Source: Nymphaea colorata (Eukaryota). Taken from it: 64,000 nucleotides of DNA. Of the stretch, positions 1-10,133 are shown in pieces. Where the stretch lies: contig NC_045138.2 of NCBI RefSeq assembly GCF_008831285.2, forward strand, positions 22,754,001 to 22,818,000, written 5' to 3'. Below the pieces are notes generated by a model. It worked only from the letters and a program-made list of their open reading frames with translations. It searched no databases and was not told the origin of the DNA. The position numbers and the translations under genes were made by a program. Numbering within the stretch: position 1 is the first letter of the stretch; every line of letters starts with the position of its first letter.

Positions 1-299
1 GTGGCCTATTAGATTCAAACTAAAAGACTCCATCATGCACCTCTATTTCTTTTGTTTTACATTTAATAGCGTTAAATCGTTTAGAATGTGAAAGTTGATG
101 CACCTCTTTTTATAAGTCCGAAAGTATGGATCCGAATGGGCTCCCACTTTCCTTCGGCCATGCTTTACTTAGGCTAACTCCTTCACTCATCTTATCATAT
201 CCTTATGCATTCTCCTCCTCTTTATTATCCATTTCTCTCAACTCCACCCCCTTCCAACGATAAAAAAATCCAAGTAAAGAACTCAAAGATTTATTTAAA

Positions 300-1350
300 T
301 TAATATTAAGCTAAACATTTAAAAAAAATGGGGATCCTCATCTCTTCTTTAATCATTAAAGAGGCACCCAAAAACCATCTGTAGGCCACCAGCATCTGTT
401 CACCCAACTTCCATCCTCCTCAATGCAAAATTGATTGGAGTTCCTCCCTATCATCCACATGGACAAAAAACACATTACTATCTAGGAATGAAAACCTATG
501 GTTTTTAACATTCTTCCACATCTGCCTAAGATTATGTATAATGAAAAAAAACATGGATGCTACATGATTCAAAGTCACTAATGAAACATGCCAACACCAT
601 CCATTTAAATGGTTACTTCATCTCCTCCAACTCTGTGTTGGAAATAGCCAGCCAAGGCTTCTCTCCATCCATCTGATTGCTCAGATCCTGTCCATCTTTC
701 CACAACTCCCAGCCATCTAACACCATCTCCACCCAAGGTTTCAACTGGAAATGGCTTCAACGATGGCGATCTACTGCATCATCCTTTGAGCTAGGGTTTT
801 CTAAAGTTGAAAATCCTAAGCCCCCTTCCTTCAAACCCGGACACTCTCTCTATCTGTCATGGGTCAATCTAAATAAATGGTTGAGAAGTTATGCCCAAAA
901 TTCATCTACTTTGAAAGAAAGAAATTTTTGAGAAAGAGTTGTTTTCCCTTGATTGGCCACTTAAACAAACATTTAGGGACATGTAACAAGATGGTCAACT
1001 TATAACTTGAATCAAACAGGCCTAATTGAAAAGCTTGTACCAAGTATCTCACAGAACTCAATGATTGAACAACAAAAAGCAGGACTCAACCAAAACACAT
1101 GGGCGAGGACATGTTTGGACACAACATATCTTTGGATTTTAGAGCATTTGGTTGGTCTTTTTGGATACTTGTTTTTGTCATGTGTATACCCAAATTCCAT
1201 GTGAATTGCTATAAGGAGTTTGGTCAGTATAACAATTTTTCTCATGAATTCTAACCAATTACTTTCATTACTACAATGACCCAATTGCTGAAATTTAATA
1301 TTGCTAATATACAAACAGGACCATGAGTTAATAATCGATTAACAGAATGT
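300..1350 (-). mobile_element. Highly decayed L1 LINE ORF2 fragment
   Basis: Minus strand reads LKEGGLGF at 834-811, like the L1 PKxxGGLG motif. An RYL-like motif lies near 1045 and KFLSF near 925, in the order expected for the ORF2 C-terminal half. Many stops and frameshifts; boundaries are approximate. Confidence 0.4.
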
Positions 1351-2087
1351 CTTGTCATATACCCAAAGATCTTTCAATCATTAATGAGACAATAAAGTTT
1401 TTTTCCGTATGAAAGTTTAAGTTTTTTAATTAGTATCATGCTATGGGATTAATCTTCTCCAAGCTTTCAACGATGTTGACCTTATAATACTTGGTTGTGT
1501 ACAACATCCGTAGAATTTATTTTTCTTCTCAAATTTTAACTAAGAACTAAATTCCGGATGTGTTAATAGTAAATTCGGTTCAACTTTTAATCTGCATGAA
1601 ATTCTGATACTAAATCAATATGAATCTGAGTTCCTGTTAGTTATGTAGTTCAGTCGACGGCAATGGTAGACTTTGGACTTGTTCATCTTCTCTATTCTGA
1701 GCATTTCAAACATAAAACATAGTTACATGATTGCTGCATAATTTCATTCTCGTTCTTGAAATACGAAGATCTGGACATTTCGTTCTCCCATCCGTTGCAT
1801 TTAGGAGCTGTTTGGGAACAATATCAGTCTATCTGCATCATGTCTATTGAGGACAAGAAAACTTTGTCTCCGCTAGCGTGTCGTGTCTACTGGGGACATG
1901 CTGCTCTTGTTCTTGTTCTTGAATGTTTATGGAGCAAGTTGTTCCAGACACAGTCGTTGCAACGATGAAACCCCTCTGAGATCATCTTGTGCAGTAACCT
2001 CCATCTTGGCATTTCCTTTCCACATGAATCGGGTATGAATTTTAGATGCATATCCAGATTTCATCCCGACCCGCATTCGCGGTTTTC

Positions 2088-2231
2088 TGGGCCCAGACTG
2101 TCTCCGAATCAACACGACGAGTCATATAAATAGTAAGGACTCGTAAGGTTCTTTTCTATCGGTTCAACTCGACCTCTCCCCCATCGAGAGAGAGAGAGAG
2201 AGAGGGAAGGTCCGAGCTAGGACTAGGGTTT
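2088..2231 (+). promoter_or_regulatory. RH42 core promoter: site II element, TATA box, GA repeat, telo-box
   Basis: TGGGCCCA at 2088-2095 (site II on both strands), TATAAATA at 2125-2132, (GA)n at 2186-2203, TAGGGTTT at 2224-2231. The site II plus telo-box pairing is known from plant translation and RNA-processing genes. Confidence 0.6.
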
Positions 2232-2503
2232 TGGTTTTGCCAGAGGAAGAGGAAGAAGAAGAAACAGAGAAGGTTGAGGAAGAAAGGGGATAAAGTTAAG
2301 GTTTTCCGTGATCAAAGGACTCTCCGGTGGTCAATCTTCTTCCTTACAACGCCGTTTGGCTTCTTTACTTCCATTCTGTTCTTTTTCGCATTTACATTTT
2401 TGGTTAAAGAACCGACTGCGTGGAACTAGAAGTTTCTGGCGGCGTTTGTTCTGGATGACCCCCAAAGGACTGGTGTTAGGATTGCTCTGAAGGCTGAGGG
2501 GAG

Positions 2504-5500
2504 ATGGAGGACGGTAAGCATCGTTCTCGGAAGGATGACTCGGAGAAGAAGGAAGAAGGGAGGAGTCGAGATCGTGACCGGGATCGCGAACGGGAGAGAG
2601 AGAAGAATAGGGATAGGGAGAAGGATCGAGAGAGGAACGGGGAGAGGCATAAGGACAGGGACAGGGCAAGGGATCGTGATCACCGGAGGGGAGAGCGCGA
2701 GAAGAGTTCGGAGGACAAATACAGAGAGAAGCACAGGGATTCCTCGAGGAAGGAGTCTGAGAGCGATGGGAGGAGTAGCAGGCGTCGGGATGAGAAGGAG
2801 CGGGCAAAGGAGAAGGAAAGAGAAAGAGAAAGGGAAGAGAGGGAGAGAGATGAGAAGGAAAGAGCTAGAGAAAGGGAGAGGGAGAAGGAGAGGGATGAGA
2901 AGGAAAGAGCTAGAGAAAAGGAGAAGGAGGAAAGGGAAAGAACCAGGGAGAGGGAAAGAGACAGGGAGAGGGAAAGGGTGAGGGAACGGGATAAGCGCAG
3001 AGATTCTGAAGACAGAGACACCGAAGAGATGAGGGATCATGAGCGGAAAAGGCGGAGAAGGGAGGAAGACTCAGGGAGAGAGAGGGACCGGGATAGGGAC
3101 AGAGAAAGGGAAAGGAGTAGGTCAGATAGGCACAAGGAAGAAAGTGAAGAGGATGGTAAGAGGAGGAAAGGGGTTGAGGAGATTGAGGGTAAGGATAAGA
3201 AGAGCCGGGAGGAGCGTCTGGAGGAAGAACAGAGAAAGTTGGATGAGGAGATGGATAAGAGGAGGAGGAGGGTTCAGGAATGGCAAGAATTGAGGAGAAA
3301 GCAAGAAGAAAGTGAAAGAGAGAAGCAGGGAGCCGAGAAAGCCGGGAAGAATTGGACATTGGAAGGGGAAGAATCCGATGATGAAGAAGCCGTCCCTGAC
3401 GCCAATACTGATGCACCACCAAAGGATTCCGACATGAATGAAGTTGTAAAACCTGCCACCGGAAGCGATGATTTCATGATGGATGATTCTGAGAATGGGA
3501 CCGGGACGAACACAAACCAAACAGAACAAACGAATGACGAAGAGGAAATTGATCCACTAGATGCCTTCATGAACTCTATGGTGCTGCCTGAAGTGGAAAA
3601 ATTGAATAGTGCAGTTGAGAACTCAGCGGTTGACATCAAGATGGATGAAGGCGAAAACAAGTCTCTGAAGGAGGTGCGTAACAGTATCAAGGAAATAAAG
3701 AAGGGCCCTAAGAAAGGTATGGGGAGGATTCTTCCCGGAGAAGCTTCTGATTCAGATTATGAGGAGCCTGAGGATGATGAGGTTCCTCTTGAAGAAGAAG
3801 ATGATGATGAATTCATGAAAAGAGTTAAGAAGACCAAGGCTGAGAAGCTATCAATTGTCGACCACTCTAAAATACAGTATGCCCCATTTCGGAAGAACTT
3901 CTATATTGAAGTGAAAGAGATATTCAAGATGACATCTGAGGAGGTTTCTGCTTATAGGAAACAACTTGAATTGAAAATCCACGGAAAAGATGTTCCCAAG
4001 CCTGTCAAAACATGGAATCAGACTGGGTTGTCTACCAAAATCCTTGAAGTCATTAAGAAGCTTAACTTTGAGAGGCCGATGCCGATTCAAGCCCAAGCTT
4101 TACCAATAATTATGAGTGGCCGTGACTGCATAGGTATAGCAAAGACTGGTTCCGGAAAAACTTTGGCATTTGTGTTACCGATGCTCCGGCATATCAAGGA
4201 TCAGCCTCCTGTGGTCGCTGGTGACGGACCCATTGGCCTTATAATGGCACCTACAAGAGAGCTCGTTCAGCAGATTCATGGTGATATCAAGAAGTTTTCT
4301 AAGGTAATGGGATTGAACTGTGTTGCTGTATATGGAGGCTCTGGCGTTGCCCAACAGATAAGTGACCTGAAGAGAGGAACGGAAATTGTTGTCTGCACCC
4401 CTGGTAGAATGATTGATATATTGTGCACGAGCGGTGGGAAGATAACCAATGTTCGCAGAGTTACATACTTGGTCATGGATGAGGCTGATCGGATGTTTGA
4501 TATGGGGTTTGAACCTCAGATCACAAGGATTGTTCAGAATACCAGGCCAGATCGACAGACAGTCCTTTTCTCTGCAACCTTTCCCCGGCAAGTGGAAATA
4601 TTGGCTAGAAAGGTGCTAACAAAACCAGTGGAGATCCAGGTTGGAGGAAGAAGTGTTGTTAACAGGGACATAACCCAAAGGGTGGAGGTGAGACCAGAGG
4701 AAGAGAAATTTTTGAGGCTTCTCGAACTGTTAGGAGAGGAATATGAGAAAGGGAAGATTCTCATTTTTGTTCACTCACAGGAAAAATGCGATTCGTTATT
4801 CAAGGATTTGCTAAAGCATGGTTACCCATGTCTTTCTCTCCATGGTGCCAAGGATCAGACAGACAGAGAGTCGACCATTTCAGATTTCAAAAGCAACGTT
4901 TGCAATCTCTTGATCGCAACCAGCGTTGCTGCCAGGGGACTGGATGTTAAAGAGCTTGAACTAGTGGTGAACTTTGATGTCCCAAACCACTATGAAGACT
5001 ATGTTCACCGAGTTGGTCGAACGGGACGAGCAGGCCGTCCAGGTAAGGCCTTCACTTTCATCTCCGAGGATGAGGCTAGATATGCACCTGATCTTGTGAA
5101 AGCCTTGGAGCTGTCTGAGCAAGTTGTTCCTGCTGATCTTAAGGCACTTGCTGATGGGTTCATGGCAAAGGTGACTCAGGGAACGGAACATGCACATGGA
5201 ACAGGTTATGGTGGGAGTGGTTTTAAGTTCAACGAGGAGGAAGATGAAGCTCGTAAAGCAGCTAAGAAAGCTCAAGCGCGGGAATATGGCTTTGAAGAAG
5301 ATAAGTCCGATTCAGATTCGGAAGATGAAGGTGTTCGTAAGGCAGGAGCTGATTTATCACAGGCCGCTACATTTGCTCAAGTGGCAGCTTTGGCTGCAGC
5401 TTCAAAAGCTGCAATTACAACTGCTCCATCGCCAGCAACCACAGCTCCATTCCTTCCAAATGGGGGGCTCGGTGTCCTGCCTTCTTTGGCCATTCCTGGT

Positions 5501-5938
5501 CTACAAAGTCTGCCTGGAGCTGCATCTCTTTCGGTGCTGCCCAATGATGCTGCTGCACGAGCAACTGCATTAGCTGCTGCAATGAACTTGCAACATAATT
5601 TGGCAAAAATACAGGCAGATGCCATGCCTGAACATTATGAAGCAGAGTTGGAAATTAATGATTTCCCTCAAAATTGTCGTTGGAAGGTGACCCACAAGGA
5701 GACCTTGGGTCCCATCTCCGAATGGACTGGAGCTGCAATCACCACCAGAGGACAGTATTTTCCACCCGGTAAGATACCTAGTCCAGGGGAAAGAAAACTG
5801 TACTTGTTTATTGAAGGTCCAACAGAATCATCCGTCAAGAAGGCTAAAGCTGAACTGAAACGAGTGCTCGAGGACTATACTGCGCAGGCATTATCGTTGC
5901 CTGGTGCAGGACAGCCAGGCAAGTACTCCGTTCTGTAG
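2504..5938 (+). CDS. RH42: DEAD-box ATP-dependent RNA helicase 42 (Prp5/DDX46 orthologue, spliceosome assembly), intronless CDS, 1144 aa
   Basis: Single long ORF with an R/D/E-rich N-terminus and the Prp5-type DPLD motif (3551-3562). Helicase motifs AKTGSGKT, PTREL, DEAD, SAT and HRVGRTGR are present, followed by a C-terminal KH-like domain (AELEINDFPQ...KLYLFIEG). Confidence 0.96.
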   Translation: MEDGKHRSRKDDSEKKEEGRSRDRDRDREREREKNRDREKDRERNGERHKDRDRARDRDHRRGEREKSSEDKYREKHRDSSRKESESDGRSSRRRDEKERAKEKEREREREERERDEKERAREREREKERDEKERAREKEKEERERTRERERDRERERVRERDKRRDSEDRDTEEMRDHERKRRRREEDSGRERDRDRDRERERSRSDRHKEESEEDGKRRKGVEEIEGKDKKSREERLEEEQRKLDEEMDKRRRRVQEWQELRRKQEESEREKQGAEKAGKNWTLEGEESDDEEAVPDANTDAPPKDSDMNEVVKPATGSDDFMMDDSENGTGTNTNQTEQTNDEEEIDPLDAFMNSMVLPEVEKLNSAVENSAVDIKMDEGENKSLKEVRNSIKEIKKGPKKGMGRILPGEASDSDYEEPEDDEVPLEEEDDDEFMKRVKKTKAEKLSIVDHSKIQYAPFRKNFYIEVKEIFKMTSEEVSAYRKQLELKIHGKDVPKPVKTWNQTGLSTKILEVIKKLNFERPMPIQAQALPIIMSGRDCIGIAKTGSGKTLAFVLPMLRHIKDQPPVVAGDGPIGLIMAPTRELVQQIHGDIKKFSKVMGLNCVAVYGGSGVAQQISDLKRGTEIVVCTPGRMIDILCTSGGKITNVRRVTYLVMDEADRMFDMGFEPQITRIVQNTRPDRQTVLFSATFPRQVEILARKVLTKPVEIQVGGRSVVNRDITQRVEVRPEEEKFLRLLELLGEEYEKGKILIFVHSQEKCDSLFKDLLKHGYPCLSLHGAKDQTDRESTISDFKSNVCNLLIATSVAARGLDVKELELVVNFDVPNHYEDYVHRVGRTGRAGRPGKAFTFISEDEARYAPDLVKALELSEQVVPADLKALADGFMAKVTQGTEHAHGTGYGGSGFKFNEEEDEARKAAKKAQAREYGFEEDKSDSDSEDEGVRKAGADLSQAATFAQVAALAAASKAAITTAPSPATTAPFLPNGGLGVLPSLAIPGLQSLPGAASLSVLPNDAAARATALAAAMNLQHNLAKIQADAMPEHYEAELEINDFPQNCRWKVTHKETLGPISEWTGAAITTRGQYFPPGKIPSPGERKLYLFIEGPTESSVKKAKAELKRVLEDYTAQALSLPGAGQPGKYSVL

Positions 5939-8090
5939 TGACTTTTTGGTATAACACATTGTTTCTCGTATTTCGATGACTTTGTCAATACAAGTATTAA
6001 GATGGATTTCGCCTTAAATCTTTCCGTCTTAGTTCTCTTTTTCTGCTGTACTTTAATTGTTCTATTCTGGATATTAAGTTTAACCTCATAAAGATGGCTG
6101 CTTGAACAAGCTCGATTTTGTTGTACCTTTCAAATTTGAGTTGCTTATCCCTGTTTTAAGTGAACGTTGGTATGGTTTGATGCTTGAAATCACCCACCGA
6201 TCCACCTGCAATGTCCGGGCCCACGATGGATGCTGTTCAGCATGACATAGCGTAGTCGTTAGGCGCCTCATGTTGAGTGCTATCCATCTTGGAGTAAGGA
6301 TGGTGGATTTTTCGGGTGTATTATACTTTTCCATTTGTAGTCTAACATCTACCAACTGAAAAAAGTGTGAACTTGATTGTATCAATTGCAAGAGGGCACG
6401 TATTTCTTTAACTTTACGAGTACTTTTCTGTGCTTTCTTCTTGCATTTATTTCTTTTTATGCTTTGTGACCAAGGAGAAGAAGCGGACCCTTGCATGGCT
6501 TTATGCAAGTATGCTTGCCTGTGTGCTAATGGGAGTCAGGTCGAGGAAAAGATGGCGGTCATGGTGGTACGTTTTGGCTGGTCGCTGGTTGGTTTGCGTG
6601 TGTTAACCTTAAACATAGTTTGTAACTTGCTCTTGTTCTTTACCTTGTTTGCATCTGTAGGTCTTTTGGGCTCTGCAATCCATAAGCGTTGCCGACGTTC
6701 TTCAAGCGTCATGTCTCTCGTGTTGTAAATTAAGTGGCATTTTTTCTTTCATGTCAATGGACGTTGTAAATGTTGAACATGTGTCCACTGCCGTGGATGC
6801 CTTTATCATATGCTCCTCTGCTCCTATACAAGTACTCCGTGATTTTTTTTGTTTGTTCTTCGCTGCTTTGACCTTTGGTCAGCTGCCGTGAAATGTTTTC
6901 CTGTGGCACCGAGAGGTTTAGCCTTTAAGCCTGCTCCATTGACACATGATCACCTCCAATTGCTATCACGGTCCCTGACGCTGTGATGTTGAGAGAGTGG
7001 GAATGCAAAAGTGGTCTGGAACCGTTAGGTTATCATAATGTCAATGTTGATCTCCCTCTTGAAAAGATGCTGGACAGATCTAGCGTTACGGCACTAAGCT
7101 GATTTGAGTTTTTTACATCTGAATAGGCTTCATATTGATAGGCTTGGTTATAGTTTCTCTGGTTCTGATTCTCTGCAATTGCTCGGCTGTTTCTAAGAAA
7201 TCTCTCTTGTTTGCACAGGCGTCCCATTCAAATGTGGATATTTGCCAATTGCTGTGCAAATGTAGGCTCTGGTTGTCATTCTCAAGTTCTTCCTTTTAGT
7301 CTTGTAGACTGCTGGAACACGTCGAGTCCTGTTCTCATATGGATTATGGTCTGAAACTTAGAACTCATAATTGGTGATGCAACGTATAGCTTGATATACT
7401 TCCTGTTCTGTTTATCATCTGGCAAGCTGAAAGGTCTTCATTTTCATTGCTCATAGTCTCATAAGGGGACTTCTTTGTGCCAATTAAGAGAGGGTGTTCT
7501 GCATATGTGGATCGCCCTCATCTTTTTACTAGAATTCATTGGACATGATATGAAGCCTCCGAAACGGCTCCATATAAGGTCAGCCGTTCATGTTTCCTCC
7601 TCGTCCAATGAATTGATGGTTCCCTCTCCCTCCCGAAGGAATCTGCTGGGAATGGCTGAATCGGATGGTCTTCGTCCTAGTTTCTCCTGATTTGTCCTTT
7701 GCCTGTGAAATGGTGGTTCCATTCATGGGGAAAATCTGGTGGACGTTGCTGCTATTGGTGGTCTCATCTGGTTCCCATAATTGCTCTGCGCATTCGGTTT
7801 TACGATCCGCGGTGCATGTTGTGCCTGTTTTGTGATAATTTGCAGTAAATTTAGTTGATAATACGGACTTTGTGCCGTTATTTCATCTTTTTTGTCTCCT
7901 TCCATATGAAGAAGCTACATTTTGAGCTGGTTTTAATCTGGTGAAGCTATGTACTGTACTTTGCCAACTGTTTGTCATAGCACGGCTCCTAAACCATGCA
8001 AAGACGTTCAAGGGCTGGCTGGTTTTCTTTCCTTTCCCATTTCATAGCGCGTTGTTTTCTTGACAACAGCTTCCTAGCTTTCCTCTTGGC

Positions 8091-8185
8091 TTTTCTTGAT
8101 TTGTGTGTCATCTTTGCACAGGGGTCATGCTAATCTTCTCTATGTATCATTCTAATTTTATCTTTATCCGATGTCTTTAAGGAGA
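8091..8185 (-). pseudogene. U6: U6 snRNA pseudogene (decayed, 3'-truncated)
   Basis: Reverse complement reads GACATCGGATAAAGATAAAATTAGAATGATACATAGAGAAGATTAGCATGACCCCTGTGCAAAGATGACACACAAATCAAGAAA, collinear with plant U6. The ACAGAGA box has a TA insertion. I see no U-tail and no upstream USE/TATA. Confidence 0.85.
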
Positions 8186-10133
8186 TTTCTTCTTGGGTTT
8201 TCAATAGAAAAAACTGCAGATATTTTTGAAAGAGCGTTGTCCAGAAGATGGTATTTCAATCATTTGAAAGTTGGTAAACCTTTTCCCTTATGCACTATGC
8301 GTCTTCCCACAATTCTTGAATGGGAAACGTGGATGGTCTAGACTGGTTCAAGTCCATCTCGGCACAAGCATTCACCGATCCTTGAGGATGATACAACCAA
8401 TCTGTACTCTGAAAATACATGATGATATGGAGGAGTAAAGAATCAACTTGATTCTATTTGTTCATTTATGCTTTGATGTTACTAACAATCTGCATCTATG
8501 ATTCATTTAAGATGACAAACAAAAAAAGCCATTTTTCATTGATAAATGGATTATTAGTCAATTTGGCAATAACGATAGGTTGCTTTGCTATGTACCTATC
8601 CATCTCTTCTATGTAGATTTGTATATCAATATATCCGTTGCAGGCGTTGATTATGATCTATTACAAGGTATTCTGAGCTGCTTCCCTGATTTTGAATGGA
8701 CAGTGAGGATCTCTGCTGGACCTGTTAATTGGAAGCCGGAAAGATTTATTGTGGGCACTGTGTGGGCAATTGCCCACATGGAGCCAACAAAAATACTTAT
8801 TTTTATATTGACACTTTAGGGCAATTTAAAGGATTTACAAGTTGATGCCTCTTAAAAATTTAAAATTCAGGAACCTTAGGCTCCCCACTTGGTTGGAAAG
8901 CAATTTCGGAAACAAGCATAGGGAGGTAATGAAAGTACAACTGAGTTAATGGGGAAACGTGATTTTTTCTTTGTGCGATTAATCTACTGTTGAAACTATA
9001 GGCATTGTACGACGTCAAGTCTTGCCAACGAATGGGCAGCCTCAAATGCTGCTGAGGCGTGATATGTTTCTTTGTTAGCCTGTGTTATGTTCATTCTTTC
9101 ATTCTTTGCGAACAGTGAGGGAGAGAACCACCCATCAGAGTTGCATCGAGAAACCTTTCTACAAACTCGCCCCCATGACCGGCCTTTCTCGAATACTGGG
9201 GAGGACAGCTTAATCAGTGAATAAGCTTCAGAATAAGGCCTCCTCTGAAAAAAACTGAAGCTTTCAATTGGATCACCTAGAAGTTCACCTTGGGTGGGTG
9301 CCGCGTTTGTATTGTAAAAGCTTACCCTCTTTTGTCTTGCTTTTGAGGTCTAAGGTTGCTTCTGGCTAAAGACATCAGTCAACAAACCATGCCGATAGTT
9401 GTTTAATAGGTGGATGCACAGCGAGTCGAGCTGGAGCTTGGAAATGGTATCGGCTCGGTCATGACGATGCCACGCTTCTTCTTTGAACCTGTGCTTGTGT
9501 CGCGACTATGAAGTCTTCATGATTCAAAGGTCGTCGGTATTCATGATTCTGAACTACCATAGCAAACTTTCCCCACACTAAAAGAATGAAGGAGCAAACA
9601 AAAAAGAAGGAAGCTCTAGCCACACCATCCGCGGAAAGATACGTGAAATATTATAAACTAAACGTTAAACATAATGACTGACTAATTCAGGAAAATGATA
9701 ATATACTAAAAAAGTGCTGATCTTCTAGAATAATATAAAACTCAAAACTACTCGAGCTGCTTGTAGCTTTGCGGACGAGTTTGAGAGTACACCGTCTGCC
9801 AGATAGCAGAAACAACTAATGGGCATGGAAAGTAGACGTAGGATCGCTCAGTGAGACGAGCAACTGATGCCAGAAAATGCAGAATCTTAACAACCCTCTG
9901 GGAGAACGGTGTTGTCTCATTGCCAGGACCTTACCTTGCAACGGAGCAAACCGACGAAGCCCACAGCATGCCCTCTCCTTAACCCAGGAAAGAGTAAAGT
10001 TACAGCTACAAGATACTTTTATTCCAGAAGCAAAGTGTAATTCACAATCTGGAAAATAATTGCATTCAAACAGACATCTATAGATACAGGAACTATACAC
10101 TGGGAAGGGTGACTAGAGGCTTCCATTGCCAAT

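Noticed and set aside
2331..5625. Many overlapping and antisense ORFs (up to 204 aa) across RH42
   Set aside because: They are shadows of the purine-rich, low-complexity RH42 CDS and show no domain signal.
8380..8480. Possible C/D box snoRNA near the U6 relic
   Set aside because: ATGATGA is present, but there is no suitably placed D box or terminal stem.
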